Assembly: GCA_023262965.1 (NCBI GenBank)
Contig: JALQXX010000003.1
Location: 3,996-67,995, forward strand
Reading direction: 5' to 3'
DNA from: Candidatus Marinamargulisbacteria bacterium
GTDB taxonomy: Bacteria > Margulisbacteria > Marinamargulisbacteria > UBA817
Length of the DNA: 64,000 nt
Shown piece by piece: positions 29,961 to 41,611 of this stretch. Below the pieces are notes generated by a model that did not search any database, was not told where the DNA came from, and saw nothing but the letters and a program-made list of their open reading frames with translations. The number at the start of each line of letters is the position of its first letter. The stretch's first letter is position 1. The position numbers and the translations under genes were made by a program.

Positions 29961-30323
29961 TTAATGAGGGGCTCCGGATGAATCCATAGGGGTAACAGTA
30001 ACTGGCGATTTATAGTTGTAGGGACGCTCAACTATATCTGTAATGGCGCCACGGCCTTCAATATCAATAAACGTAAACAAGAAGAATAATACAATAGCCA
30101 TGACCGCCCCAAATACAAAAATTAAATTAGCACGCTCCCAACGCAATCCCATAAAAAAAGCGCCGACCAATCCAGCCTTAATTAGGGCGATTAAAATGGC
30201 CACCGGTGTGTGCAAGACGCCTAAATCAATACGCGAAACAGCCACCGTAATAACGGTTAAAATAATCAAGGCTACAAACGTTCCTTGATAATATATTTTG
30301 GGAATAACTACATGATTTGCCAT
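29961..30323 (-). CDS. ctaF: Cytochrome c oxidase subunit IV (caa3-type)
   Basis: ALIILTVITV, IALIKAGLVGAFFMGLRWE; last cox gene. Confidence 0.85.
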   Translation of the reverse strand: MANHVVIPKIYYQGTFVALIILTVITVAVSRIDLGVLHTPVAILIALIKAGLVGAFFMGLRWERANLIFVFGAVMAIVLFFLFTFIDIEGRGAITDIVERPYNYKSPVTVTPMDSSGAPH

Positions 30324-30334
30324 TTAAATATACC

Positions 30335-30961
30335 TCACAATAAATAGAGTAGCGGAAATAAAAAAATCCATACAATGTCGACCAAATGCCAATATAATCC
30401 AACCATTTCAATTGGCGTGAAGTAATCGCTATTAACGGTATTTTTAGCCACACGAGCCATTATCCAAACAATTAATCCAATACCAATCAAAACATGCAAT
30501 GCGTGCAATCCTGTAATTGTAAAATACAATCCAAAAAATATATGCAATGTATCGAAAGGGCCCTCGGCATTAAAGTACATACCTGGGTAGTATCCATGCG
30601 CAAATTTGGCTTGGTATTCAAACGATTTAATAACCAAAAAACAGGTGGCCAGTGCAACCGTTGCCCCCAAATTAATCAGTGTTTTTTTGCGATTACCATG
30701 TTGGGTGTGATACACGCCCATGACCATTGTAAAACTACTAATGATTAAAAAAATGGTATTAATAAATCCCAGCTTCCAATCCAATAGAGAACTGGCGTAA
30801 TGAAACATCTCCGGATTGTAAAAACGATAAACCGCATACGCTACAAAAAGACCACTAAAAAACAATACTTCTTGTGCAATAAATGCCCACATACCAACCT
30901 TGCAGGCATTAAATTCTTGAGCTTCGCTGGCGAAATAATGCGGTAATGCACGTTTACTCAT
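30335..30961 (-). CDS. ctaE: Cytochrome c oxidase subunit III
   Basis: [44 protein letters not shown]. Confidence 0.95.
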   Translation of the reverse strand: MSKRALPHYFASEAQEFNACKVGMWAFIAQEVLFFSGLFVAYAVYRFYNPEMFHYASSLLDWKLGFINTIFLIISSFTMVMGVYHTQHGNRKKTLINLGATVALATCFLVIKSFEYQAKFAHGYYPGMYFNAEGPFDTLHIFFGLYFTITGLHALHVLIGIGLIVWIMARVAKNTVNSDYFTPIEMVGLYWHLVDIVWIFLFPLLYLL

Positions 30962-32537
30962 GAGATGACGCCTTATAATCATAGGGAGGACTTGTAACAA
31001 CCGGGGTTTTTGAGAATGCATGATATTGTGGAGGGGAGTCGGTTAACCATTCAAGTGTCAATGCGCCCCAGGGATTTTTATCGGCTTTTTTACCACTGCG
31101 AAGGGACTTAACCAAATAAATAAGCATCACAATAAAACCAATAGCAATAATCCATGACCCAACGGTTGATATCTGATGATATATCGCAAACTCATCCACG
31201 TAATTATAGTAACGACGTGGCATACCTTTTGATCCCATAATAAACTGAACAAAAAAGGTCATATTAAACCCAATAAATATTAACCAAAACGCCCATTTTG
31301 CTAAGTATTCAGAATACATTTTTCCAAACATTTTTGGCCACCAATAATGCAACCCACCCAAAAAAGCGTATAACGTACCACCAAACATAACATAATGAAA
31401 ATGGGCCACCACAAAATAGGTGTCATGCAAATGAATATTGGTTGACAATGTACCCAAGAAAATACCTGTAAACCCACCAATCACAAATAAAAACAAGAAG
31501 CCTAGAAAATATAAAAAAGGTGTTTCAAACGATATCGACCCTTTATACAAGGTAGCAATCCAATTAAATATTTTAACCCCAGATGGAATGGCAACCAAAA
31601 ACGTTAATATAGAAAATAACGTGGCCGCCAACTCGGATTCGGACGTATACATATGATGTCCCCACACCAAAAACGAAATAACAGCAATAGCAATACTCGA
31701 CATCGCGATAGCTTTGTAACCAAATATATTTTTTCTAGAAAATGTGGTTACCAGCTCACTGATAACACCCATGGCAGGCAGAATCATGATGTAAACTGCT
31801 GGATGGGAATAAAACCAAAAGAAATGTTGAAACAAAACGGGATCGCCACCAATGGCAGGATCAAATATACCAATGCCCCACATACGTTCAAGAATTAATA
31901 AAACCAATGTGATGGCTAAAACAGGGGTTGCTAAAATTTGAATGATCGATGTGGCATATAGTGACCATGCAAATAAAGGCATACGAAACCATGTCATTCC
32001 TGGTGCGCGTAAGTAATGAATGGTTGCAATAAAATTAACCCCTGTTAAAATCGAAGAGAATCCCAAAATAAATGCCCCGACAACCATTGTAACAACAGCG
32101 GTATCGGTTGTTGTTGAGTACGGTGTGTAAAATGTCCAACCCGTATCGATACCCCCCATAAAAATACTGAGAATACACACCAATGCACCCAAAATATATA
32201 CATGAAAACTGGCCAGATTCAGCTTAGGAAACGCGACGTCATTGGCACCAAGCTGTAAGGGCAATATAAAATTACCAAGTGTTGCTGGAATCGATGGAAT
32301 GATAAATAAAAATACCATAATAGCCCCATGCAATGTAAAGGATTGATTATATTGCTTGGCAGTTAGTATTAATTGATCGGGAGTGAATAGCTCCAATCGA
32401 ACCAATAACGCGGCAAACCCACCGACAGCAAACGCGCCAAAAACGGAAAATAAATACATGATACCAATGCGCTTATGGTCTTTTGTAAATAACCAACTCA
32501 GGAGGCCTTTTTTTTCAGTAATGTAATTTTTCATCAA
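30954..32537 (-). CDS. ctaD: Cytochrome c oxidase subunit I, A2-type
   Basis: [16 protein letters not shown] (YS motif of A2 family), WGHH, VAHFH, GMPRRY. Confidence 0.97.
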   Translation of the reverse strand: MMKNYITEKKGLLSWLFTKDHKRIGIMYLFSVFGAFAVGGFAALLVRLELFTPDQLILTAKQYNQSFTLHGAIMVFLFIIPSIPATLGNFILPLQLGANDVAFPKLNLASFHVYILGALVCILSIFMGGIDTGWTFYTPYSTTTDTAVVTMVVGAFILGFSSILTGVNFIATIHYLRAPGMTWFRMPLFAWSLYATSIIQILATPVLAITLVLLILERMWGIGIFDPAIGGDPVLFQHFFWFYSHPAVYIMILPAMGVISELVTTFSRKNIFGYKAIAMSSIAIAVISFLVWGHHMYTSESELAATLFSILTFLVAIPSGVKIFNWIATLYKGSISFETPFLYFLGFLFLFVIGGFTGIFLGTLSTNIHLHDTYFVVAHFHYVMFGGTLYAFLGGLHYWWPKMFGKMYSEYLAKWAFWLIFIGFNMTFFVQFIMGSKGMPRRYYNYVDEFAIYHQISTVGSWIIAIGFIVMLIYLVKSLRSGKKADKNPWGALTLEWLTDSPPQYHAFSKTPVVTSPPYDYKASSHE

Positions 32538-33496
32538 TCAGATAACTCCTTTATGTATTCAATAATAGCTGTAATTTCTTGATCAACCAATAGCCCCTGA
32601 TAAGAGGGCATTACCGGTTGATATCCTGTAACAATATGTGCTTGCGGATAATTAATAGATTCAATTAAATAGGCTTCATCGGCAATACGTTCACTGCCAT
32701 CTGTAAATACGCGGTTGGCGTTGTATAGATTTTTCCATGTCGGGCCCACCATGGGGGATCCATCAATGGAGTGACAGGCGACACATCCTTTTTTTGTGTA
32801 CAATTGCTTTCCTGCCTCACTTAATGGAATCGAGTCATCAAAATCAACCGCTTTCAAAAATGCGTAATAATCATCATTCGACATAACTTTTAGAGTTGCC
32901 AACATGTTGGAATGTTTGTCACCACAATACTCGGTACAAAATATACGGAAGTTGCCAATTTTTGCAGGCTCGATGGTTAAGACAGTATAACGGTTTGGAA
33001 TAACATCGCGTTTAATGCGTAGATTGGGCAAATAAAAACTATGTAAAACATCGGTGCTACTCAATATCAACTTAACGGGTGTGTTGACGGGCACAACCAA
33101 ATCACCAATGGTTTTTTTGCCATTGGGATAAGTAAATTCCCAAAACCATTTTTTCCCGGAAACATAAATGGTGGTTGCATTGGGTGGGATGCTTCGCATT
33201 AACATATACTGCTTAAATCCGAGCCAAAAAATAAAAAGAACCAATAGGGTTGGAACGACTGTCCAAATAATTTCCAAGGGGATGTTATGTGTTATTTGTT
33301 TTTCAGCCAGTTGATCGGATGACTTTCGTTTACTAGTAATTAAAAACCAAGCACTAACACCGATCAATCCCACCATAAAAATTACGGACAGCCATAATAT
33401 AAAATAAAACAGTGTATCAAATTCACCCAATGTAGCTGAAATGTTACTTGGTAAAAAAAACGTTCCTTTTTCTGTTAAATTCTGAATAATCTCCAT
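32534..33496 (-). CDS. ctaC: Cytochrome c oxidase subunit II with C-terminal cytochrome c (caa3)
   Basis: CuA motif DVLHS...[12 protein letters not shown] plus CVACH heme motif. Confidence 0.96.
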   Translation of the reverse strand: MEIIQNLTEKGTFFLPSNISATLGEFDTLFYFILWLSVIFMVGLIGVSAWFLITSKRKSSDQLAEKQITHNIPLEIIWTVVPTLLVLFIFWLGFKQYMLMRSIPPNATTIYVSGKKWFWEFTYPNGKKTIGDLVVPVNTPVKLILSSTDVLHSFYLPNLRIKRDVIPNRYTVLTIEPAKIGNFRIFCTEYCGDKHSNMLATLKVMSNDDYYAFLKAVDFDDSIPLSEAGKQLYTKKGCVACHSIDGSPMVGPTWKNLYNANRVFTDGSERIADEAYLIESINYPQAHIVTGYQPVMPSYQGLLVDQEITAIIEYIKELSD

Positions 33497-33500
33497 AGTA

Positions 33501-34274
33501 CTACCGTTGTCTTTCCTTATAAATAAAAGTCCCTATTATTGTAAATAATATCAACACAGTTATCAAGCTAATAATCCGAAGAATTTTAAAAATAAGCAAT
33601 GAGTAGGTCTGTTTGCTTGGATCAAAATAGTAGCAGTACGTAATAATTTTTTCGCGCAGGGTTTTTTTGTCTTTTAAATTCATAAGTGAATAATCAAAAT
33701 GGGTGGGCTCGTAGGTTACCCCTTCAATGTAATTGCTAATACCGTTTTTGTAGAAAAATAGAACAGACGGATGAGCATAATCATTGGTGCGCTCAATATA
33801 CTCATAATTGTATCCAAAAAAACGTGTTATTTTTTGGATTGTATCGGAATCACCTTTTAAAAATAACCAGCCATTGGGGATATCTAAACTGTCCATGTAT
33901 TTCTTCTTGTAGGTTCGTAAATTGGTGTTACTTTCTTTTGGATCAATGGACACTGTAATAATTAAATAATCGTTTCCAACACGATAGCGAGATTCTTTGG
34001 CAACTTCAGCGAGACCATCCAATGTTAAGTGACATAGCATTGGGCAATTTAGGTATACAAAATTAATAATGGTGGGTTTCTCATGCATTAAATCGGCTAT
34101 GTTGATTAATTTATCATAATCATCGGTGAGAATAATGGGCTCATTTAATACATTTCCTAAAGTGACATCTACCCCAACATTTTGTAGGGGATAAGGGACA
34201 TCTGCAACCGCAATTTTAACGAGTGTAATGACGATATATAAGATAAATGGCATCATCAATTGTGACTTTTTCAT
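33501..34274 (-). CDS. SCO1/SenC family copper chaperone
   Basis: CPMLC, VSIDP, YAHPS; between act and cox genes; start may be a few codons downstream. Confidence 0.88.
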   Translation of the reverse strand: MKKSQLMMPFILYIVITLVKIAVADVPYPLQNVGVDVTLGNVLNEPIILTDDYDKLINIADLMHEKPTIINFVYLNCPMLCHLTLDGLAEVAKESRYRVGNDYLIITVSIDPKESNTNLRTYKKKYMDSLDIPNGWLFLKGDSDTIQKITRFFGYNYEYIERTNDYAHPSVLFFYKNGISNYIEGVTYEPTHFDYSLMNLKDKKTLREKIITYCYYFDPSKQTYSLLIFKILRIISLITVLILFTIIGTFIYKERQR

Positions 34275-34497
34275 CGTTTTGTTCGGATAATGTTTTTAGC
34301 TCATATTCGCGAAGATTGTGGAGATCCAATCCGACCCCATAATTCATATTATTGCGGTTTTTTTGATTGCTCACTTCGCTTTTAACCATGTAAATGGTAA
34401 CAATAGAAATAATGAAAATCGCCACAATAGTCAGTGTTATGGATATCACTGTAGGGGCTAACAATGGTTCGGTTTTATCATACTGCATACGGCTCAT
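34216..34497 (-). CDS. Small single-TM protein in ACIII cluster
   Basis: One TM helix, coupled to actF end. Confidence 0.6.
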   Translation of the reverse strand: MSRMQYDKTEPLLAPTVISITLTIVAIFIISIVTIYMVKSEVSNQKNRNNMNYGVGLDLHNLREYELKTLSEQNDEKVTIDDAIYLIYRHYTR

Positions 34498-35657
34498 ATT
34501 GCGTTCTCCACATGTTTAGATTCCTCTAATCGAGGGTCGTTTGTTGGTATAATAGCATATCGACATATTTTATTAATCAATAACGATGTCAGAATAATCA
34601 AGAATGATATCATAATTAAAATCTCCAACCAAGATATGTGGGAGCTAGTCGTAAAATTGGGCCATACAGCGTACCGAATATCTAAATAATGCAATGCAAG
34701 AATAACAATGCTGAAAAATAATCGTCCGACCAGATGGCGTTTCACATGGCGTGACATAAACCCAAAAAGAGGTAACACAAAATGACCAATAGCCAATACA
34801 TAAAAAATAGTCCCCCATTCACCCGTTAATCGGGGATAATACCATTGGGTAAATTCGGGAATATTGGCATACCAGGTTAGAAAATACTGGGAGAATGATA
34901 CGTAGCTCCAAAAAATAATAAACCCATAAAATAGTTTAGACAATTCATGCATGTGCTCGTTGCTGGGTAAGGTAGTGGATTTTGTCATCAAACGATAGAT
35001 ATCGTATCCCAAAATAGTACAGGATAAAGCGGCTACCATGCATCCGGCAAAAAAATTAACCCCCAATATTGTGGAGAACCAATGGGGGTATAGTGACATA
35101 ATCCAATCAAAGGCCATAAATGATGTTGCCAATGATAAAAAAAGAATGGCGACAGGGGATTTTTTTTGTAACGACGCGGTTATTTTCGCTGCCGCATCGG
35201 GATTACTATCCTGCTCCAACGATTTTCGCCAGTAATAATATCCTACGGTCGAAAATACAATGCAGTAAAGTGCATTTCTAATGATAAAAAACGGTAAGTT
35301 TAAATAGGGCGCTTTTTTTTGGAGTAAATAATCACCGGCTACTTCAACAGGATTCAGCCAAATAAATAAATGATCCAATCCAAATAATAATGGAATAAGA
35401 AACAAGGAGAATAACGGTAGGAAACTCATAAAATGTTCGGGAATACGCTTAACAGGGACTCCCCAACCGGCTCGAGTAAGATGCATCAATAGTAATAAAA
35501 AAGCCGCTCCAATACTAATTGATAAACCATACAAAAAAACCACTAAATACGATACATAAAATGCGGTAGTGGTGTAATACAAACTGAACATGATACCTAA
35601 AAGTCCAAGGCCACCCAAAACCAGTAATTTCAATTGTTGCTGTAGCGTTTTAGTCAT
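34494..35657 (-). CDS. actF: Alternative complex III membrane subunit ActF
   Basis: HLTRAGWG, KKAPYLN, DWIMSLYPHWFST, WYANIPE. Confidence 0.9.
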   Translation of the reverse strand: MTKTLQQQLKLLVLGGLGLLGIMFSLYYTTTAFYVSYLVVFLYGLSISIGAAFLLLLMHLTRAGWGVPVKRIPEHFMSFLPLFSLFLIPLLFGLDHLFIWLNPVEVAGDYLLQKKAPYLNLPFFIIRNALYCIVFSTVGYYYWRKSLEQDSNPDAAAKITASLQKKSPVAILFLSLATSFMAFDWIMSLYPHWFSTILGVNFFAGCMVAALSCTILGYDIYRLMTKSTTLPSNEHMHELSKLFYGFIIFWSYVSFSQYFLTWYANIPEFTQWYYPRLTGEWGTIFYVLAIGHFVLPLFGFMSRHVKRHLVGRLFFSIVILALHYLDIRYAVWPNFTTSSHISWLEILIMISFLIILTSLLINKICRYAIIPTNDPRLEESKHVENAI

Positions 35658-36210
35658 TGTTTTTTCCTTGCTTAATTAATGATACGTCGTGAGGAGTTAT
35701 ACGGGTCATTTTTTGAAGTGATCGAACATATAGCACAACTTGCCAAATGGATACATTGGTTAATTTGTTACCATATCCGGGCATGGTTCGAATACCGTTT
35801 TGAATAATATCATACAATTCCTGATCCGATTTATTTGCAGTGACATCCTCCAGAATATTGCTCACAACCCATCCTTTAGACGAAATAATACTTTTGGTGC
35901 CGTTACCCGTTTTTGTGTGACACGTTGCACAATAAATCGTGTAATTTTTTTGACCTTCTCGAATAAAATCTTCTGTAATGACGAAGTCCGATAAAGGGGC
36001 TTGTGTTGTCGTGTGACCATAAGGAACGGTGTTTGCGGGAATCGGTAACGGATCCCGTTGCGGGCGAATTTTTGGTTGAAAATCAAAATTAATGTTCGGA
36101 TGCACAGGAGGCTTTTCGGTTGTCCAACCGCGACATCCCATGAAACCAATGAGACAAAGCCCGTATATAATAAATCGTTTAATGGTTAATTGCTTCAATG
36201 TTTTTTCCAC
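35650..36210 (-). CDS. actE: Alternative complex III monoheme cytochrome c lipoprotein ActE
   Basis: Lipobox-like FMGC, CATCH, MPGYG. Confidence 0.88.
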   Translation of the reverse strand: MEKTLKQLTIKRFIIYGLCLIGFMGCRGWTTEKPPVHPNINFDFQPKIRPQRDPLPIPANTVPYGHTTTQAPLSDFVITEDFIREGQKNYTIYCATCHTKTGNGTKSIISSKGWVVSNILEDVTANKSDQELYDIIQNGIRTMPGYGNKLTNVSIWQVVLYVRSLQKMTRITPHDVSLIKQGKNND

Positions 36211-36706
36211 CTGATCTCTCTAAAAATAATTTTGTTTTTTCGATATCAAAATTTTTGTCATCTGAAGAAATAGCCAAAAAAAAGCCCGAACACGTCGCTT
36301 TTTTTATAGACTCATTATTAAAAATGGGTTGATTCCATTGAGGCAATTTATTGATTGCGAACATTCCAAACACCGTAAAAAAAGCCGTAAATAGAATGGT
36401 CAATTCGAAGGTTACTGGTACAAATGCTGGTAATGCTACAAATGGTTTTCCTGAGAGGGCAATGGGGTAATCAAATCCATTTGTCCATACTTGTAAAGCA
36501 ATAGCTCCGGTCAATCCAATCAAACACCCTATTAACGATAAATACGGCACACGGCTCAATGGAATACCCATGGCTTTATCAATTCCATGAACAGGAAATG
36601 GTGTATAGGTGTCAAATTTAATATAGCCGGCATGATATACTTTTTTAGATAAATCCAACAAGTCTTTTGGATTATCTACTTCGCATAAATAGCCAAAAAT
36701 GCTCAT
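36179..36706 (-). CDS. actD: Alternative complex III subunit ActD (DUF3341)
   Basis: [15 protein letters not shown]...[13 protein letters not shown]. Confidence 0.92.
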   Translation of the reverse strand: MSIFGYLCEVDNPKDLLDLSKKVYHAGYIKFDTYTPFPVHGIDKAMGIPLSRVPYLSLIGCLIGLTGAIALQVWTNGFDYPIALSGKPFVALPAFVPVTFELTILFTAFFTVFGMFAINKLPQWNQPIFNNESIKKATCSGFFLAISSDDKNFDIEKTKLFLERSGGKNIEAINH

Positions 36707-38097
36707 AGTTGGCCTCCTTTTTTCGTATGCGATTCGTAATGATGTGGATCAGCAATTGCCATCACACCTTTTACTTCAGCAATAGATATAATTGGTAAAA
36801 ACTTTAAGAACAACAAGAACAATGAGAAGAACAATCCAAAGCTACCAACAAAAGTCATGATATCCACCCAGGTCGGTGTGTAATAATCCCAGGATGAGGG
36901 TAAAAAATCACGGTGCAAGGAGGTCACTGTGATAACAAATCGTTCGAACCACATGCCGATGTTTACAAAAATGGATATAATAAACATTACGGGTATGCTG
37001 GTGCGTAATGATCGAAACCAGAAAAATTGAGGGGATATAACATTGCATGAAATCATAATCCAATAAGCCCATGCATAGGGGCCAAAAGCGCGATTAACAA
37101 AAGCAAATGCTTCGTACTGATTTCCAGAATACCATGCCATAAAAAATTCCATTGCATAGGCATATCCCACCATTGTTCCTGTAGCTAAAATAAATTTATT
37201 CATGTTTTCTAAATGGCGTATGGTTACAAGATCTTCTAAATTAAATATTTTTCGAGCAATAATTAATAAGGTTAATACCATGGCAAAGCCTGAAAAAATG
37301 GCTCCAGCAACAAAGTACGGAGGGAATATAGTTGTGTGCCATCCGGGCAAATTGGATGTTGCGAAATCAAAACTAACAATCGAGTGAACCGAAAGAACCA
37401 GTGGTGTTGCAATTGCCGCCAAAATTAAATACGCTTTTTCGTAATTAATCCACTGTCGGCTTGAGCCCGACCAGCCTAACGCAAAAAAACCGTAAGCCAA
37501 GCGTTTTACACGGGTTTTTGCGCGATCACGAAATGTCGCTAAATCAGGAATTAATCCCACATACCAAAACAATAAGGATACTGTAAAATACGTGCTAACC
37601 GCAAAAACGTCCCATAATAACGCGCTTTTAAAATTGGGCCACATGGCCATTGAATTGGGAATAGGGAATAAATAATAGGCCAACCAAATACGGCCAACGT
37701 GAATACCCGGAAAAATACCCGCGCAAATAACGGCAAAAATAGTCATGGCTTCTGCAAATCGATTAATAGACGTGCGCCATTTTTGTTTAAATAGAAATAA
37801 TATGGCGGATATAAGCGTTCCGGCATGTCCGATACCAACCCAAAATACAAAGTTAACAATAGCAAAACCCCATCCAACCGGATTATTAAGACCCCAAACA
37901 CCAACCCCGTCCCAAATAAGATACCCAATCATAGCAAATAAAATACAGGCTACGGATGCTGAAAATAATACGCCAACTACCCACCATTTGGGGGCTTTCG
38001 CCTCAGCTGGTCTGGCTATTGCATCGGTTACATCTTTAAATGATTTGTCCCCCAAAACCAGAGGGACGCGATGAATTTGTTCATTAATGGTGTTCAT
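36703..38097 (-). CDS. actC: Alternative complex III quinol-oxidising subunit ActC (NrfD family)
   Basis: [43 protein letters not shown]. Confidence 0.95.
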   Translation of the reverse strand: MNTINEQIHRVPLVLGDKSFKDVTDAIARPAEAKAPKWWVVGVLFSASVACILFAMIGYLIWDGVGVWGLNNPVGWGFAIVNFVFWVGIGHAGTLISAILFLFKQKWRTSINRFAEAMTIFAVICAGIFPGIHVGRIWLAYYLFPIPNSMAMWPNFKSALLWDVFAVSTYFTVSLLFWYVGLIPDLATFRDRAKTRVKRLAYGFFALGWSGSSRQWINYEKAYLILAAIATPLVLSVHSIVSFDFATSNLPGWHTTIFPPYFVAGAIFSGFAMVLTLLIIARKIFNLEDLVTIRHLENMNKFILATGTMVGYAYAMEFFMAWYSGNQYEAFAFVNRAFGPYAWAYWIMISCNVISPQFFWFRSLRTSIPVMFIISIFVNIGMWFERFVITVTSLHRDFLPSSWDYYTPTWVDIMTFVGSFGLFFSLFLLFLKFLPIISIAEVKGVMAIADPHHYESHTKKGGQL

Positions 38098-40972
38098 GTG
38101 GGGTTTCCTTCCAAACAGATCGTTTTATTTTTGCCAAATAAACAGTTCGAGGTTTTGTATTGAGTTCATTTTGTAGTAAATCGTAACGACGTTTGCTGGA
38201 TCGAGCAGCCTGTAATGGATGATTTTTTTGATTGATATCGCCAAATACAATCGCATTGGTAGGACAGCTTTGCTGACAGGCTGTTTGAAGCCCATCAATA
38301 GGCGTGCCGTGCAATTTCTTTTGCAATTTTGCATGACTAATACGCTGAATACAATACGTACATTTTTCCATAACCCCTCGCATACGAATGGTTACTTCTG
38401 GGTTGAATTGTTTTTGTGTTGGTGCCGATGGCTCACGAAAATAATCGAACAAATGAATACGCTTTTTTTCAACCGATTGGGGATTCTTTTGATGCCAATC
38501 AAAAAAATTAAATCGACGCACTTTGTAAGGGCAATTATTGGCACAGTATCGCGTACCAATACAGCGATTGTATGTCATTACATTCAGACCTTCATCATCG
38601 TGAACCGTTGCATTTACCGGACACACCTGTTCGCAGGGGGCATTTTCACAATGAACACAGGCCACTGGCATATAATTAATGGTAACATCATTGTGGTCAT
38701 TTTCTATAAAATACCGATCAATACGTATCCAACTCATTTCACGCCCTTTAATGACCTCATCCTTGCCCACAATAGGAATATTGTTTTCGGCTTGACAAGC
38801 AACCGCGCATGTATGGCAACCGATACAAGCGTTTAAATCAATAGACATGCCCCACTGATGCTCACCTGTATATACTTGTTCTTTAAAGAGGGAATGAATA
38901 TGATGGTCATCATGATGAGCATGATCCAATTCAGCGATTGTTTTAATATGAAGAATATTCTTAATACGATCTTTAATCCCCGATGCCGCCAACGACTCTT
39001 CATCCAATCCATGATTCATTTGGGTATCGGCTAAGGTTACATGCTCATTTGTTTTAGATACCGATTGAATGGGATAATGCCCATACGGATCTAATCCATC
39101 GGTAGAAATACCGTAACCGGAAAACGTGGTCTGGTAAATAGCCCCATACCCATAATTGATGGAAATAGTTGCACGGTTTTGACCTGGCAAAATGATAACG
39201 GGTCCTTTTAATCGTGCATCAGCAACATCAATGGTTACAACATCACCGGTTACAAGATGATTTTTTTTGGCAAAATCCGTATTAATAATAAATGCGTTGC
39301 CCCAGGTTAATTTTGTAATGGGGTCGGGGGTTTCATGCAACCAGGCATTATTGGCATAACGTCCATCAAGCATGTAGTACGATGGCGACACAGTTAGGGT
39401 TAAATCATTGCGTATGGTTTCTGATGCAGAAAAAGCGATGGGGGCTTTATTGATACGTAGGGATGCTAGAGATTTGCCCACAATAAATCCTTTTGATTTT
39501 AGTTGATCAAAAGATTGATTATATGATTTGAGCAACGTCTGCACCTGTTGATAAACGGTGAACGATGACCCCACCAAAGCCGTTAAAACATCGGCATGTG
39601 AGAGCACATCGGGATACAACGGTTCAATGACAGGCTGTTGAATGCATATATGATTATGATCGCTTTTGAGTAATCCCCACTCTTCTAAAAAGTGAGTTCC
39701 AGCAATATGTATGGCAGAAAATGCGCTAAGGGCATTTCGATAATTACACACATTAATAATTAATGCATTGCCAACTACATCCGAAAAATTGGGCATGAAT
39801 CGTGGCAAATCAACTCCAAAAGAAATCACCGTTTTAATACGGTTGGTTTGAAACACGGTGCGAATTGCATCAATGGTATCATTAAATGGTTGGATCGTAG
39901 CCGATGAATCGGAATAGGGTTTAATATGAACTGTGCTGCCGTTGTTTTTTAAGACGGTATTAATAGCCAGGGCCAGTGCGTGATAAACGGATTCAAAGGC
40001 CGCTCCCACCATAACAATTGCCGCTGATTTATGAGACAGTAATGAATCAACTAACGGATTTAATTGATTGGTATCCACCATGGTTGTGTCGACATTAATA
40101 GTCTTTAAGATGGCTTTGTCAATTTCGGTGCCATATTGAGTAATAACACGATGGGCTAATGCTTTAATAAATTCACGTTGATGTGAAGGAGATTGATTTA
40201 TAATACGATCTGCTTTTGAATCCGTCATCGATAAATGACTTGAAACGGATACATGCATTATATCAGATTGATGGGTCATGTACGACTGAAGTGATGCAAT
40301 GTTCTCAGACTCGAGCCCTAAAAAATCGGATTCAAAATTAAGAATGAATTTTGTTTTTTTGAAATTGTAATGTAAAAATCCCCGTTGTCCCGTAAAGTGA
40401 TAAATGGCATTGTTTTGATTTCCATTCATCAATGGATCGACAATAAACACATGGGATTTTTTTACAGATTTTAAAAGTGATTCAATAACCATTGAGTGGT
40501 GATTGGGCAACACTAATAACGTACTGTCATCCAACGATATATTGCCCAGCACATTTTTTATGGTTAATACATTGGCATAGTCACCATTTAATGTATGTGT
40601 TTTAAGGCGATCGGGATCATATAGTTGCTGAATTTCGGCCTGAATATGAGCCGATGAACGACCGTTATTTTCAGGGTAATCGGGATGACCATCTAATTTG
40701 GTTGGACGTCCTTCATAGGTTGTGGCCAATAAACTGTTAACACGATTATTAATAACGGCACTGGTTGCATAATAGTTGGGCAATCCAGGAACGGTTGTTG
40801 TTGATTCATGGGTATACGTTTTAATAATTTGTTTGGGTTTCCGTATGGATACACATCCCGATAACGCCGCCACGGTCATTCCCGTAGATAGGGATTTCAT
40901 AGCCTCGCGACGCGTTTTAGGCGACGAGAACAACGTTGTTTTAAATTCACTTTTATTATCTATCGATGACAT
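38084..40972 (-). CDS. actB: Alternative complex III subunit ActB (molybdopterin-oxidoreductase-like + Fe-S domain)
   Basis: Tat/lipoprotein signal TRREAMK...[37 protein letters not shown]. Confidence 0.93.
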   Translation of the reverse strand: MSSIDNKSEFKTTLFSSPKTRREAMKSLSTGMTVAALSGCVSIRKPKQIIKTYTHESTTTVPGLPNYYATSAVINNRVNSLLATTYEGRPTKLDGHPDYPENNGRSSAHIQAEIQQLYDPDRLKTHTLNGDYANVLTIKNVLGNISLDDSTLLVLPNHHSMVIESLLKSVKKSHVFIVDPLMNGNQNNAIYHFTGQRGFLHYNFKKTKFILNFESDFLGLESENIASLQSYMTHQSDIMHVSVSSHLSMTDSKADRIINQSPSHQREFIKALAHRVITQYGTEIDKAILKTINVDTTMVDTNQLNPLVDSLLSHKSAAIVMVGAAFESVYHALALAINTVLKNNGSTVHIKPYSDSSATIQPFNDTIDAIRTVFQTNRIKTVISFGVDLPRFMPNFSDVVGNALIINVCNYRNALSAFSAIHIAGTHFLEEWGLLKSDHNHICIQQPVIEPLYPDVLSHADVLTALVGSSFTVYQQVQTLLKSYNQSFDQLKSKGFIVGKSLASLRINKAPIAFSASETIRNDLTLTVSPSYYMLDGRYANNAWLHETPDPITKLTWGNAFIINTDFAKKNHLVTGDVVTIDVADARLKGPVIILPGQNRATISINYGYGAIYQTTFSGYGISTDGLDPYGHYPIQSVSKTNEHVTLADTQMNHGLDEESLAASGIKDRIKNILHIKTIAELDHAHHDDHHIHSLFKEQVYTGEHQWGMSIDLNACIGCHTCAVACQAENNIPIVGKDEVIKGREMSWIRIDRYFIENDHNDVTINYMPVACVHCENAPCEQVCPVNATVHDDEGLNVMTYNRCIGTRYCANNCPYKVRRFNFFDWHQKNPQSVEKKRIHLFDYFREPSAPTQKQFNPEVTIRMRGVMEKCTYCIQRISHAKLQKKLHGTPIDGLQTACQQSCPTNAIVFGDINQKNHPLQAARSSKRRYDLLQNELNTKPRTVYLAKIKRSVWKETPHEHH

Positions 40973-41610
40973 ACACTACAAGCCTCTCCGGGGTTCACAT
41001 TATACGTTTCTTTTAACTGAAGCCCCAATTTTAATTGATTATCTGGTCTAAAATCCAAGTTAGTGACCTGTTCTTTAGGCCATAAATATTTCTCAGGTTC
41101 CCGATGACACTCTAAGCACCACCCCATACTTAATGGTTTCGCTTGATATACAGTGGTCATTTTATTCACATTTCCGTGACATTGAACACACGATACACCG
41201 GAATTAACATGAGCGGCATGGTTAAAATAAACATAATCGGGAAGCATATGGACTTTAACCCAATCAATGGGTTTTTTCTGATTATGATACTCGGTTAATG
41301 TTTTGATTGCGGGGGAGTCAACTTTAATGGTTTTATGGCAATTCATACAGGTCTCGGTTGTAGGAATATTGGAATGACCCGATACCTCGACATTGGAGTG
41401 ACAGTACCGGCAATCCATTCCAACTTGATTGACATGGAGTTCATGAGAAAACGGAATGGGTTGCTTGGGCTGATACCCCACTTCTAAATGTTTGGGAGAA
41501 AACCAAAACCAAAACAAATGAATGGTTATTCCCAAAATAAGTGTAAGACCAACTAAAACAATAATTGGGAGATAATTAAACCATTTTGGGAATAACTGCT
41601 TACTGGTCAT
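40960..41610 (-). CDS. actA: Alternative complex III pentaheme cytochrome c ActA
   Basis: Five CxxCH motifs (CRYCH, CMNCH, CVQCH, CLECH, CSVCH) after a TM anchor. Confidence 0.93.
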   Translation of the reverse strand: MTSKQLFPKWFNYLPIIVLVGLTLILGITIHLFWFWFSPKHLEVGYQPKQPIPFSHELHVNQVGMDCRYCHSNVEVSGHSNIPTTETCMNCHKTIKVDSPAIKTLTEYHNQKKPIDWVKVHMLPDYVYFNHAAHVNSGVSCVQCHGNVNKMTTVYQAKPLSMGWCLECHREPEKYLWPKEQVTNLDFRPDNQLKLGLQLKETYNVNPGEACSVCHR

Positions 41611-41611
41611 C